Below the pieces are notes generated by a model that saw only the letters and a list, made by a program, of their open reading frames with translations, did no database searches and was not told the origin of the DNA. Of a stretch of 64,000 nt of DNA, positions 9,794 to 19,777 are shown piece after piece. The stretch covers positions 64,001 to 128,000 of the forward strand of contig CBDAOY010000007.1 in assembly GCA_965198225.1 (NCBI GenBank), written 5' to 3'. The DNA comes from Terriglobia bacterium. GTDB taxonomy: Bacteria > Acidobacteriota > Terriglobia > 20CM-2-55-15. The number at the start of each line of letters is the position of its first letter. Positions within the stretch are counted from its first letter, which is position 1. The translations under genes were made by a program, and so were the position numbers.

Positions 9794-11170
9794 TCAGAGC
9801 TTACCGACGATTCGCCCGATCAGGTCGTACTCCAGGCTCTCGGTGATCTCGACGTCGTAGAAACTTCCCGTCCTGGGTTCGGTATCCGACGCGTCGTTGA
9901 TCAGGACGTGTCCGTCGATCTCAGGTGCCTGGGTTTCAAGCCGGCCCTCCAGGAGCAGATCCGTTTCGCTGGAAAACCCGTCCAGCAGGACGGGAAAGCG
10001 CTGCCCGACAAGCGAGCGGAGGTTCTTTGCGGAGATCCGCGACTGTTCGGACATCAAAACGTCTCGCCGTTCCTCTGCCTGGCTTCTGGCGACCTTACCG
10101 TCGAGGTCGAATGCCGCCGTACCCTCCTCATCCGAGTATAGGAAGACACCGAGGTTGTCGAAGCCCACGTTGGCGACGAACTGCATGAGCTCCTTGAAGT
10201 CCGAATCCGTCTCTCCCGGGAATCCGACGATGAACGATGTTCGAATACCGGCGCCAGGAACGAAGTCCCGGATGCGCTGGAGCTGTCGCTCGAAAACCCC
10301 TCGGCTCCCGCCGCGGCGCATACGCTCCAGTATCCTCGGGCTGGCATGTTGAAAGGGGATGTCGAAATAGCTGCACAGCCGGTCCTCCCCGGCGATCAGA
10401 TGAACCAGGTCGTCCGACAACAGATTCGGGTAGCAGTAGAGCAGTCGTATCCAGGCAAGCTCGTCGATTTCGAGCAGGCGCCGCAGCAGCGACAGCGTTC
10501 CCCGTTGCATGCCGAGGTCTTTACCGTACGCCAGCGTGTCCTGAGACACGATAACGAGTTCCTGTACGCCGCCGTCCGCGAGCCGGCGCGCTTCGGAGAC
10601 TAGATCGTCGAGGGGACGGCTTCGGAACGCTCCCCTGAAACCCGGTATGGCGCAGAAGGCGCAGGTGTGATCGCAGCCTTCGGAAATCTTCAGGTACGCC
10701 ATGTGCGAAGGCGTCGTCAGGATACGCGGGATGGTCGGGACCTGGTCGGACCTGTAAAGCGAGTCGATTGCGATCTCGGGAATCGGCTCGGCCTCATCAA
10801 TGCGAACGGAATCCAGAACCTGTCCGAGCTCGTCGGGACCGAACACGAAATCGATTTCCGGGATTTCCGCCCGTATCTCTCCCCGGTAGCGCTCTGCCAG
10901 GCACCCGGCGACGACCAGTTTCTTGCATCGACCGTCCTGCTTGTATTGCGCCATCTCGAGGATGGTGTCGATCGATTCTCTCTTTGCGCTATCGATGAAG
11001 CCGCAGGTGTTGACGACGATCACGTCGGCCGACTCCTGGTCGGCCGTGATCTGGTAGCCTTCTCCGGATAAAGTGCCCAGCATGACCTCGCTGTCGACGA
11101 GGTTCTTCGGGCAGCCGAGGCTGACGAACCCGACCCGGGTCGCTTTTTCTCTGGGTTTCTTCGACATCAC
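9794..11170 (-). CDS. rimO: Ribosomal protein S12 methylthiotransferase
   Basis: SLGCPKNLVDSE, NTCGFI, radical SAM CDHTCAFC, QAPEIDG TRAM domain. Confidence 0.97.
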   Translation of the reverse strand: MMSKKPREKATRVGFVSLGCPKNLVDSEVMLGTLSGEGYQITADQESADVIVVNTCGFIDSAKRESIDTILEMAQYKQDGRCKKLVVAGCLAERYRGEIRAEIPEIDFVFGPDELGQVLDSVRIDEAEPIPEIAIDSLYRSDQVPTIPRILTTPSHMAYLKISEGCDHTCAFCAIPGFRGAFRSRPLDDLVSEARRLADGGVQELVIVSQDTLAYGKDLGMQRGTLSLLRRLLEIDELAWIRLLYCYPNLLSDDLVHLIAGEDRLCSYFDIPFQHASPRILERMRRGGSRGVFERQLQRIRDFVPGAGIRTSFIVGFPGETDSDFKELMQFVANVGFDNLGVFLYSDEEGTAAFDLDGKVARSQAEERRDVLMSEQSRISAKNLRSLVGQRFPVLLDGFSSETDLLLEGRLETQAPEIDGHVLINDASDTEPRTGSFYDVEITESLEYDLIGRIVGKL

Positions 11171-11275
11171 GCGGAAGGAGTTGGATCCTCTGAATGCTTA
11201 TGCTAACACACGGGCGACTGACTGGATTGGCTGGGAGACTGCAAGAGCCGGTGACGAGTGACAATTAGCGAATGA

Positions 11276-11348
11276 GTGTAGGTGCGCTCTATGAGCGCAC
11301 AGATCCTTGCGGAACGACGAGTTGTGCGGTCATAGACCGCACCTACAC
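11276..11348. repeat. REP-like inverted doublet, family A copy 2 (reverse orientation)
   Basis: GTGTAGGTGCGCTCTATGAGCGCAC...GTGCGGTCATAGACCGCACCTACAC. Confidence 0.85.
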
Positions 11349-11366
11349 CTGCTGCATACGGTCTCC

Positions 11367-13478
11367 TCACGCAGCCGGGCGGCGGGACCTGAGTTGCTGG
11401 ATCGTGTCTTCGAGCAGGGAGAACTCTTCGGAGCTGATCTGCTGATTCCCGTAACGTGCTCTCTCGAAAATCTCCAACGCGGCCGAAACCACGGACTGCT
11501 TGCCGGCGTCGGGCAAGCAGTCCAGCCATTCCCGCCACGTCTCGTGGGGCAGGCGCGCCCTCGCCCTTCCGCCGGCCAGAGCGGCGGCCCGGTAGAAAAG
11601 CTGAGCAACTACGTCCTCGTCGACCCCGCCTTGTCCCCTTCGCAGCCGCCAGATCTTCCAGCGAGTGTGTAGCGTGCGTCGGTGTTTGATCGCGAAACCG
11701 AACGCGACCGCTCCGGCAACTGCGGTCCAGAACCACCGTGTCTCGACGATTTCTCGCACGCGGGCGGCGAGTCGATCCGACGCCGCCTGGCTCTGGAGCA
11801 CCCACCGGTCGGATCGGCGTCGGAGCGAGTGCTGCGCGGCCTGGACGCGCTCCTGCGCGCTGCGGAACAGTTGCAACTGTGTGTCCGAGTCGTAGGTAAG
11901 GACGTAGGAATTCCAGAACAGCTCCGCGGCGTCGACATAATGGGAAATGAGCACCGCCAGGCCGATGTCGCCTCTGTTTGGATCCGGAGGAGTAGGATCG
12001 AATTCCAGCCAGCCGCGGCCCGGAACGTAGGCTTCGACCCAGCTGTGGGCGTCGGATTGTCGGACGATGTAGGAACCGCCGATGGCGTTGTATTCTCCGG
12101 CCAGGAACCCGTTGACCATCCGAGTCGGAACGCCGAGGGCGCGAAGCATGATCGCCATCGAAGATGCGAAGTACTCGCAGTGCCCCGACTTTGCCTCGAA
12201 CAGGAAGGTGCTCAGGGGTTGAACGCCCGGGTCCCACGTCAGGTTCAATGAGTAGGCGTATTCGCGCTTGAGATGAGTCTCCAGGAGCGAAGCTCTCTCC
12301 ACTACGGTATCGCCCCCGGCCGCGATCGTTTCCGCCAGTTCGACGATTCGCGGGTCCAGGTCCTGGGGCAACTGGAGGTGGAGTGCCTCCTGTTCCTGGC
12401 TCAGTCCTTCCGCCCCTTCCGCCTCTTCGGCCGGCGCTTTCGACGGGATTTCCGACACGATCTCGTAACGCGTCCGACGCACCGACTGGGTGCGCTTGAA
12501 TACCGAATCGCCCGCGTCCACCTCGAGGCTCCGGAAGGGACCGGTTACCGAACGAATCGCGTGGGGTCCGAAAAGAGTGGTCGTAGCCAATGGCTCCAGA
12601 AAGATCTCGAATCGGGTGCGCTCACCGACGCCCTCGAGCGGCTTGATCCTGAAGACGTCCCGGCCGGTTGAGCGTCTCCGCTGCCTCCCGCGATTGGTCT
12701 TGAACCACCTGCGTCCGTCGAAGGAATCCAACGCGATCCCGCGCCACTTGGGTACAGCCGACGGCGTTCCCTCGAGCAACCGCGTTCTCATTACGAGTGC
12801 CGAACTCAGCTTCACCTGCCCGATCTCTCCGAGTTCGACGGTTTCCGTGAAACCCGACAGCAGCAACGCCTGGGACGCGGCCCGACTGAAATAGCCGGTG
12901 CCGATGCGCGGGATGAGCAAGAACAGTGTGAGTCCGATGATGACGATCCACATCGTCGCCCACACGCTCATTCCTCCCAGGGGCCCGCCGATCCGGATGC
13001 TCCGGGCTCCCGGCTCCTGCCTCTGGGACCTGTAGATGTCAAAGCTCATCAGCGTGGACACCAGCGCCACCAGGAAGAGCAGCAGCATCAGGATGAACGA
13101 CATGTCGATCGTGAGCGATGATGCCGCCAGCACCTGCAGGAAGGCCAGGATGATCAGGTACAGATAGTCCTTGTCCTTCTTCTCCTGCGCCAGTTTGGCG
13201 AGTTCGAGGAAGAGAACCAGGTGGATGATTGCCGAGATGAACGATCGCGACAGGATGACGGCATCGAAGACGAAAAAGAAGATATATCCGAGGGAGAGCA
13301 GGAACGCCATGCGGTAGGACAGCAGTGGCCCTCGTCCCATCACCGTCCGTCGGCCGATCCATGTGAAGAAGAAAAGAAAGACGAAGATCGACGCTATATC
13401 GAGCCGACCGGTGTCGGCCAGAGCGATGAACGCGGTCAGGATCAACGCGTGGAACGAGAGCTGAAAGTAGCGCTCCAT
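11367..13478 (-). CDS. Membrane transglutaminase-like protein (DUF3488/TgpA-DUF4129 type)
   Basis: N-terminal TM helices; triad motifs GHCEYFAS, DAHSWVE, FDPTP. Start placed at MERYFQ; the ORF track extends to 13547. Confidence 0.9.
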   Translation of the reverse strand: MERYFQLSFHALILTAFIALADTGRLDIASIFVFLFFFTWIGRRTVMGRGPLLSYRMAFLLSLGYIFFFVFDAVILSRSFISAIIHLVLFLELAKLAQEKKDKDYLYLIILAFLQVLAASSLTIDMSFILMLLLFLVALVSTLMSFDIYRSQRQEPGARSIRIGGPLGGMSVWATMWIVIIGLTLFLLIPRIGTGYFSRAASQALLLSGFTETVELGEIGQVKLSSALVMRTRLLEGTPSAVPKWRGIALDSFDGRRWFKTNRGRQRRRSTGRDVFRIKPLEGVGERTRFEIFLEPLATTTLFGPHAIRSVTGPFRSLEVDAGDSVFKRTQSVRRTRYEIVSEIPSKAPAEEAEGAEGLSQEQEALHLQLPQDLDPRIVELAETIAAGGDTVVERASLLETHLKREYAYSLNLTWDPGVQPLSTFLFEAKSGHCEYFASSMAIMLRALGVPTRMVNGFLAGEYNAIGGSYIVRQSDAHSWVEAYVPGRGWLEFDPTPPDPNRGDIGLAVLISHYVDAAELFWNSYVLTYDSDTQLQLFRSAQERVQAAQHSLRRRSDRWVLQSQAASDRLAARVREIVETRWFWTAVAGAVAFGFAIKHRRTLHTRWKIWRLRRGQGGVDEDVVAQLFYRAAALAGGRARARLPHETWREWLDCLPDAGKQSVVSAALEIFERARYGNQQISSEEFSLLEDTIQQLRSRRPAA

Positions 13479-14735
13479 AACGAGTCGGAACCCTCTCTTA
13501 GCGAGAGGATGACGGTTCCATCGGACTGTTCTACGGGTGGCGGCCACGCCGACGGATTCATTTCCACCAAAGCCAGGTAACTCAGGATCGATTGTAGCAA
13601 GGATTCCGAGTAGCCGGACGACGAGGACCAGTCGTCCGACACCAGTGAGAGCTCGATGCCATCGCGAGCCATGTGTACCGCCAGCGATGCCGCGTAGGAG
13701 ACGAGGGATTCAAAGCGATTCTCATCCCCGGCCACGCCGCAACGATCGAAAGCGAGAACGACACGTTGGCTTTCTTCGGCCGCGAACTCTCGGGTCTTCA
13801 GCGACGAAGTCTTGGCCGTCGCCTTCCAGTCCACGTGCCGTGCGCTGTCGGACGTCACGTAATCCCGGATCATGTAGAGATCCATACCCTGTCCCCTTTC
13901 GAATCGCTCCGATGCACCCAGGATGTCGTGGATCGCGACATCCATCTCTTCGGGCTGGAGGATCTCCGGGAAAGCGATGCATTCAGCCTCCGTGGGGACC
14001 GGCCGTCCCTTGAGCAGAAACCCGAAAGGGTATCTGGATTGCAGCTGAACTTCGTCGAGCCTGTGGCGACCCCGACGGGCCAGTTCGGCCTCCACCATGC
14101 GCGTGTCCTGGTCCTGGGTCCCGACCAGGGGCACATAGTACCCCTCGAATCGAAAAGGGCTTTCATCGACCGGGCTCACCCGGAGCGAGAAAGTCGGGAA
14201 GAGCCGCTTGGGATTCTTTACCGTTAGGGCAACCGGAAACGCCTGCCGGGCGAAGCAGTGATCGGGGAGCCTCGCCTCGAGACGCAGGAACCGGAAGTTC
14301 GAGGCCCGAGAGAAACCCCGAGAGAACCATAACCGCCAGCAGGGCCGCCAGCACCATGTAGAGCAGGTTATTGCTCGTGTTGATAGCCGCCGACATCACC
14401 ACCGTCGTGGCCGCGATGTAGATCCAACCGTCCCGAGTGAGCCGGTACTGCGTGAAGAACGGTAGCCAGTCCCAGTCGACGCCGGCGGCCATTCGCGGAA
14501 CAAAACGAAGGCTGACCCACACGGCGATCGACAGCGAGATAAGGGCGGCAATTGCCGATGGTATTACTCGGCCGTCACGAGCCGTGCTGTTGGCGTACAG
14601 CGCAGCGAGCATTGCGATGGTCAGCAGCAGGATGGACTTGGTGAAATTCCAGGCCATCTGCCTGTGTTCCCGTTCGCGCAGCTCTCCGATGAACCTCTCG
14701 AAGCGATCGCGAAAGGGGGGCTTGGCAGTAGCCAT
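13442..14735 (-). pseudogene. DUF58 protein split by a +1 frameshift near 14301 (possibly a sequencing error)
   Basis: 5' part ...AAINTSNNLLY...LSGFLSGL continues in another frame as NFRFLRLEARLPDHCFA...; 3' part has RDYVTSDSARHVDWKATAK. Lies between moxR and the transglutaminase gene. Confidence 0.85.
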
Positions 14736-14743
14736 CGCCTGTC

Positions 14744-15691
14744 TCAGGCGGGTACCGGCACGCTGTCGACGATTTCCTGAAGGACGCCTGTCGAGTCCCT
14801 GCGGGCGCGGGTACCTGTGCGGGTCAACACGATTCGATGCCCGAACACCGGTTCGATGAGCTTCTTGACGTCGTCGGGCAGGACGTATTCCCGCTCTGCG
14901 AGCATCGCCACGGCCTGCGCGGCCCGGAACAGCGCTGTCGTGCCGCGCGGGCTGATGCCGAGCTCGACGTCAGGGTGACTACGCGTCCGGTTGACTATTT
15001 CGATCATGTAGTCCATGAGAGGCTCATCGATATGAGCCCGGCGACTCTCGCGCTGCAGATCGAGAACCTCGGCGGGATTCAGCACGGCGCCAAGTGCTCT
15101 GTCGTGGTTTCCATTCGTGTAGCGTTTGAGGATTTCCCGTTCCGCTGCCGCGTCGGGATAGCCGACTTCGATCCTCATGAGGAAACGGTCGAGTTGGGAT
15201 TCCGGAAGCGGGTAGGTTCCATGATGTTCGACCGGATTCTGCGTTGCCAGCACCATGAATGGGCGGGGCAATTCATGGGTGACGTTGTCGATCGTCACCT
15301 GGTTCTCGTTCATCGCCTCCAGCAACGCGCTCTGGGTCTTCGGCGTCGTCCGGTTGATCTCATCGGCCAGCACGATGTTCGCAAAGATCGGCCCCCGCTT
15401 GAATTCGAACTCGTGAACGTTCGGGTTGTAGACCGCCACTCCCAGGACGTCGGAAGGCAGCATGTCGCTCGTGAACTGCAGCCTGTGGAATGTGGATCCC
15501 AGGGCCATCGCCATGGCGTGTCCGAGAGTGGTCTTGCCCACGCCGGGAACATCCTCGATAAGCAGGTGACCTTCTGCGAGAAGAGCGACGATCGCGAGCT
15601 CGATCGTCTCGTCTTTCCCCTTGATAACGTTACCGATAGCCGACCGCAGGTCGACGATTCTCCGGTGGGTGGAATTGGTCGTGGTGCTCAT
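14744..15691 (-). CDS. moxR: MoxR family AAA+ ATPase
   Basis: HLLIEDVPGVGKT, LADEINRTTPKTQSALLEAM, ATQNP, YPLPESQLDRF. Confidence 0.95.
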   Translation of the reverse strand: MSTTTNSTHRRIVDLRSAIGNVIKGKDETIELAIVALLAEGHLLIEDVPGVGKTTLGHAMAMALGSTFHRLQFTSDMLPSDVLGVAVYNPNVHEFEFKRGPIFANIVLADEINRTTPKTQSALLEAMNENQVTIDNVTHELPRPFMVLATQNPVEHHGTYPLPESQLDRFLMRIEVGYPDAAAEREILKRYTNGNHDRALGAVLNPAEVLDLQRESRRAHIDEPLMDYMIEIVNRTRSHPDVELGISPRGTTALFRAAQAVAMLAEREYVLPDDVKKLIEPVFGHRIVLTRTGTRARRDSTGVLQEIVDSVPVPA

Positions 15692-15966
15692 GTTTTCCGG
15701 ATAGCCCGATTGTAGCATAGGGACATTTGTCGAACCTTCCCGTGGTTTTGAAGCCGAGCTTGGAGAACGAACCAAGCGTCGCTCGTGGAGCACGAACCGA
15801 CCGTCGATCCGAGAAGACAGTTTGTCTGGGCCGTTTTCGGCCCGACGCGGCCGGTTGCCATATCGGCACCCTTCCGAGCGGACTCACACATAATGCCTTG
15901 CCGCACGATCTCTCTTGATTGTTGGTTTGTCGAACCTTAGCCCCACCTCAGGAGTTGCTTCCGCTC

Positions 15967-15982
15967 TGGAACCCGCATTGCA
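15967..15982 (+). promoter_or_regulatory. Putative sigma-54 (-24/-12) promoter for usp
   Basis: TGGAAC-CCGCA-TTGCA matches TGGCAC-N5-TTGCA with correct spacing, ~95 nt upstream of the usp start. Confidence 0.55.
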
Positions 15983-16076
15983 GCGTGCAGGTTGACTTCG
16001 CAATTGCGCGAGGTCCGGCGAGTTGGAGGAGAGCCCCTCCCGCTCGACGCCTGAACGGGCTGAAGAGGGTACAGAC

Positions 16077-16946
16077 ATGTCATCGTTCCAGAAGGTCCTG
16101 TTCCCGACCGACTTCTCGAAGGGCGCCGATAACGCCTTTCGACACGCGCTCCGCCTGGCGAACATCCAGAACGGTGAGGTGATCGTCCAGCATGTCGTGA
16201 GCAGCTACTTCGAGAAACATTCCCACTGGGCGACCCTGTTCGACATCCACGAGATGCAGAAGTACATGGACATGTACGTCGAGACCGAGATGGCTGGGGT
16301 CGTACCGGAAGAGATCAAGGGCGATCTCAAGTTCCGCAACGTGATCTCGGAAGGGAAGCCGGCGCAACAGATCGCCGAGTTGGCCGATAAGGAGCGGGTG
16401 GACGTCATCGTCATGGGGCCTACCCGGGGAGTGGTGACCGGCCCGGTGATTCGGGGAACCAACCGCCCGGTACTGGCGGTGCCTCACAACGGTAACGGCG
16501 TGGAGCCACTCCGTAAGATTTCGAAGATCCTCGTCACGACGGATTTTTCAGGACACTCGAAGAAGGTTGTCGACTATGCTTTCGAGCTGAAGAAGCTCTT
16601 CGACTGTGAGATCTACCTGCTGTATGTCGTCGAGCTTACGAATGCGATCAGGTTCGGTATCAAGCAGGGTTACTTCACTGACGCAACGGCGAAGATGAAG
16701 AAGTGGGCCGAAGATCAGCTCGAGAATCTGACGCCACGTCAATATGTCCTGGATGAGACGGTTCACCGTGTGGTCGAGGAGGGTCCGGCCGCCGATCACA
16801 TCAAGGCATTCGCAGACGCCAACGATGTCGACATGGTCGTTCTCGGTGCGCACGGGTACGGACCTGTCCAGAAGCATTTCGTCGGCAAGACGACCGACAA
16901 GGTGCTGCTGGAGCTGGACCGACCGGTGCTGACGGTCAGGATCTAG
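16077..16946 (+). CDS. Tandem-domain universal stress protein
   Basis: KVLFPTDFS and KILVTTDFS USP starts; VVLGAHG...FVGKTTDKVL...RPVLTV. Confidence 0.93.
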   Translation: MSSFQKVLFPTDFSKGADNAFRHALRLANIQNGEVIVQHVVSSYFEKHSHWATLFDIHEMQKYMDMYVETEMAGVVPEEIKGDLKFRNVISEGKPAQQIAELADKERVDVIVMGPTRGVVTGPVIRGTNRPVLAVPHNGNGVEPLRKISKILVTTDFSGHSKKVVDYAFELKKLFDCEIYLLYVVELTNAIRFGIKQGYFTDATAKMKKWAEDQLENLTPRQYVLDETVHRVVEEGPAADHIKAFADANDVDMVVLGAHGYGPVQKHFVGKTTDKVLLELDRPVLTVRI

Positions 16947-16947
16947 G

Positions 16948-16975
16948 AAAAAGCCCGCCGCAAGGCGGGCTTTTT
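16948..16975 (+). terminator. Rho-independent terminator (group IIC intron target)
   Basis: AAAAAGCCCGCC-GCAA-GGCGGGCTTTTT directly after the usp stop and 5 nt before the intron start. Confidence 0.92.
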
Positions 16976-17383
16976 GGTTGGTGCGCCAGGCATGGCGCGC
17001 AGCGCCATGAATTGGCGCTGGATAACCGGGGAGCGAAAGCGAACCGGGAAGTGACTAGGAGGTGAGAGTCCTCTGGGGGCCTTGATGACAGGAACCCTTA
17101 GCCGATGTGGCAACTGCGTCCGAGCAATCGGGGGTGGGAAGGAAGCCATAGGCAAAACTCTGGCCCGAGGCACACGAACCGCATAAGAGGCAGGCGTCAG
17201 GTGGGCGAAGAGGCCAACAGATCGGAAGCCCAATGTCATCCGGACCGGGCGTTTGTAGATGCGGCGGGTAGATGGAGTGAAAGTCACGTGCCTTACCCTG
17301 GGAGATCCGTTGTCTTGCTGGGAACAGCTAGAGTCGTCGAGAGGCGGCGCGATGGGGCGGCGGAAGTCAGCCACGGTCATAGT

Positions 17384-18254
17384 GCGTGCCTGGCAGCACG
17401 CGTTTCCGGCGGGTTAAAGTCCCGCTCGGCCCGAGGCCACGGGTCGATATCCAACAAGTGGGGGTAATGCCTCACTGGCCGGAGTGTAGGCAGGATGGCA
17501 GATGCCTCAAGGCAGAGCTGCCACCTACGGAAACTTTGGAGGGCAGGGCGCCCACCGCGAGGTGGGGTCTGAAGGGCATGAGGAGAACCACCGGGTCGTA
17601 ATCGAAGGGAGCATCCCGAGGATGAACCGGTCGGCCAAAGATGGGGAATGGTCGAGCCCGCACTATGGGGGCGAAGGCGCATTTGGTTCCACCCCATCGC
17701 ACCAAGGTGTGTGCGGGCGACACGGTGGAGAAGAGACGCGAGTGACCCAGGGAGGCCTGGTATCGTCCGGGCGGAAGGTAAGGTCGAGATGATGTGGCAC
17801 CCGCAGACGAAAGGGCGGGCAACCGAGAAGACAAACATCGACCTAGAGCCCCGCATGGATATAAGCGTAGAGCGAAATTCCGGCCGACGCGGTGTCAGGA
17901 ATCGGATCGGGGAATGGAGCCAGTACTCAGGAACGAGACGGCAAACATAAGGTCTCGGATCGTTGCTTCGAGCAGCGGCGCTGGCGGTCCAAAAGCCGTT
18001 CGTTGGAGGGGGAAGTCCCCGTACTCAGTCGTCGAATGTGCGAGCGATGCGAGGAAACGCGGAGATATCGTGAACTTGGATAGTTCCCTTAGCGAAAGAC
18101 CCAAACGCGGTACGAACGAAGCCGCCACCTGCCGCCACACAGCGAATTCCGAACGAGGAGCAACTGAGGAAAGCGGCTTGCGGGAAAACCGCACGAGCCG
18201 TTTGATTGAGCGGACGGTGGAAGGGCCGATCGGCCCGACCACTTTCGACTCTAC
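17384..18254 (+). mobile_element. ORF-less group II (IIB-like) intron nested in the ribozyme of the IIC intron
   Basis: 5' GCGTG; EBS1 ACTATG (17662-17667) pairs with CATAGT (17378-17383); domain V AAGCGGCTTGCGGGAAAACCGCACGAGCCGTTT with AGC triad; domain VI ending CGACTCTAC. Removal restores GTCATAGT-AGCCCGG...GAAGGACC. Confidence 0.88.
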
Positions 18255-18314
18255 AGCCCGGCGGAGCCGGGGTGAAGGACCACACATGGAGAAGAGACCG
18301 ACACGGAGCGTTCG

Positions 18315-19712
18315 ATGCGAAACGGAGACGCAGACAAGAGGGCTGAGAAGCCGGAACCGAACCGGAAGGATAGCGGCGGAACCGTGACAGATACGGATGA
18401 GGGGCGTCAAACTCGCACGGCACGTCACGAGCAAGTCGGGATCGAGGAGGGAATGCTACTGGAGAAGGTGCTGGAACGGGAAAACGTTCTGGCCGCATAC
18501 CGACGCGTCAAGGCCAATAGCGGGGCGGCGGGAATCGACGGGATGACCGTTGAGGACCTGATGCCGCACTGTCAGATGCACTGGACGCGAGTCCGTCAAG
18601 AACTGCTCGACGAGACGTACCGCCCCCAACCGGTGAGGAAAGTCGATATTCTGAAACCGGACGGAGGGATACGGACGCTGGGCATTCCGACCGTGATGGA
18701 CCGGATGATTCAACAGGCTCTGCTTCAGGTTCTCCAACCCCTATGGGATCGGACGTTCTCGGAAGATAGCTACGGCTACCGACCGGGACGAAGCGCCCAA
18801 AAGGCGGTGGTGCGTGCCCGGGAACACATTCGAGCCGGACATCGCTGGGTGGTGGACCTGGACATCGAGAAGTTCTTTGATCGCGTCAACCATGACGTGC
18901 TGATGGCACGCGTGGCGCGACGAATCAAAGACAAACGGGTGCTTCGATTGATTCGGCGCTATCTACAGGCCGGACTGATGGAGGGCGGGCTGGTGTCGCC
19001 CCGGGCAGAAGGGACGCCGCAAGGCGGCCCCCTCTCGCCTCTGCTGTCGAACCTGTTGCTGGATGAACTGGATCGGGAGTTGGGGAAACGTGGGCACCGC
19101 TTCGTTCGTTATGCCGACGATGTGAATGTGTACATTCGCTCCGAGGCAGCGGGTCAGCGGGTCATGGCATCGCTGGAATGTTTTCTGGACAGGAGACTCC
19201 GGCTGAAGGTGAACCGGGCCAAAAGCGCCGTGGCGCGGCCGTGGAAGCGAAAGTTCCTCGGGTACAGTTTCACGGCGCATCGCGAGGCCAAACTGAAGGT
19301 TTCGGATTCGTCGTTAAAACGACTGAAAATGAGACTTCGGGAGATCACGCGAGCCGGGCGAGGCCGAAGCCTCGCTCGCACGATCGGAACACTCATTCCC
19401 ATCATTCGGGGTTGGGTGGCTTACTATCGCTTGGCGGAGGTTCGAGGCAGCTTCGAGCGACTGGATCAGTGGTTGCGCCGCCGGCTGCGGTCGATCTTGT
19501 GGCAGCAGTGGAAGCGGAACCGAACACGATTCCGGGAACTCACTCGACGCGGTATTGCGACCGCTCGGGCTCGGACCTCGGTTTCCAACGGGCGCGGGCC
19601 TTGGTGGAATGCGGGCGCCAGCCATATGAATCAGGCTGTCCCCGCCTCTGCCTTCCGTCGCCTGGGTTTGCAATCCTTCTCCGAGGTGCATTCCCGACTT
19701 CAATCTTTATGA
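18315..19712 (+). CDS. ltrA: Group II intron reverse transcriptase/maturase (no endonuclease domain)
   Basis: AAGIDGMT, RTLGIPTVMDRMIQQA, SYGYRPGRS, VVDLDIEKFFD, GTPQGGPLSPLL, FVRYADD, IRGWVAYY. Alternative start at 18452. Confidence 0.97.
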   Translation: MRNGDADKRAEKPEPNRKDSGGTVTDTDEGRQTRTARHEQVGIEEGMLLEKVLERENVLAAYRRVKANSGAAGIDGMTVEDLMPHCQMHWTRVRQELLDETYRPQPVRKVDILKPDGGIRTLGIPTVMDRMIQQALLQVLQPLWDRTFSEDSYGYRPGRSAQKAVVRAREHIRAGHRWVVDLDIEKFFDRVNHDVLMARVARRIKDKRVLRLIRRYLQAGLMEGGLVSPRAEGTPQGGPLSPLLSNLLLDELDRELGKRGHRFVRYADDVNVYIRSEAAGQRVMASLECFLDRRLRLKVNRAKSAVARPWKRKFLGYSFTAHREAKLKVSDSSLKRLKMRLREITRAGRGRSLARTIGTLIPIIRGWVAYYRLAEVRGSFERLDQWLRRRLRSILWQQWKRNRTRFRELTRRGIATARARTSVSNGRGPWWNAGASHMNQAVPASAFRRLGLQSFSEVHSRLQSL

Positions 19713-19777
19713 ACCGCCGTATACGGAACCGTACGTACGGTGGTGTGGGAGGCGGGCGTTAAGCCCGCCTACCCGAT

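Larger units (their letters stand above)
16981..19777 (+). mobile_element. Group IIC intron (outer intron of a twintron)
   Basis: 5' GTGCG after a terminator; CCAAC (17214-17218) complementary to GTTGG at the junction; domain V with CGC triad at 19711-19745; domain VI ending CCCGAT; 1926 nt once the inner intron is removed. Confidence 0.93.

Noticed and set aside
14290-14310. Programmed frameshift in DUF58 (and at ~63050 in the S9 gene)
   Set aside because: No slippery heptamer or stimulatory structure is evident; single-base indels are better explained by error or mutation.
17382-17386. GTGCG at 17382 as the inner intron start
   Set aside because: EBS1 ACTATG needs CATAGT as the exon end, and the host needs CATAGTAG restored, so the start is 17384 (GCGTG).
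16943-18498. Many ORFs on both strands within the intron RNA (e.g. 17794-18387, 17377-17856)
   Set aside because: No recognisable motifs; they overlap structured ribozyme domains and cross intron boundaries.
18315-19712. RT as a retron, DGR or defence-associated RT
   Set aside because: It has a maturase domain X and is flanked by a complete IIC ribozyme; no TR/VR pair or msr-msd is seen.
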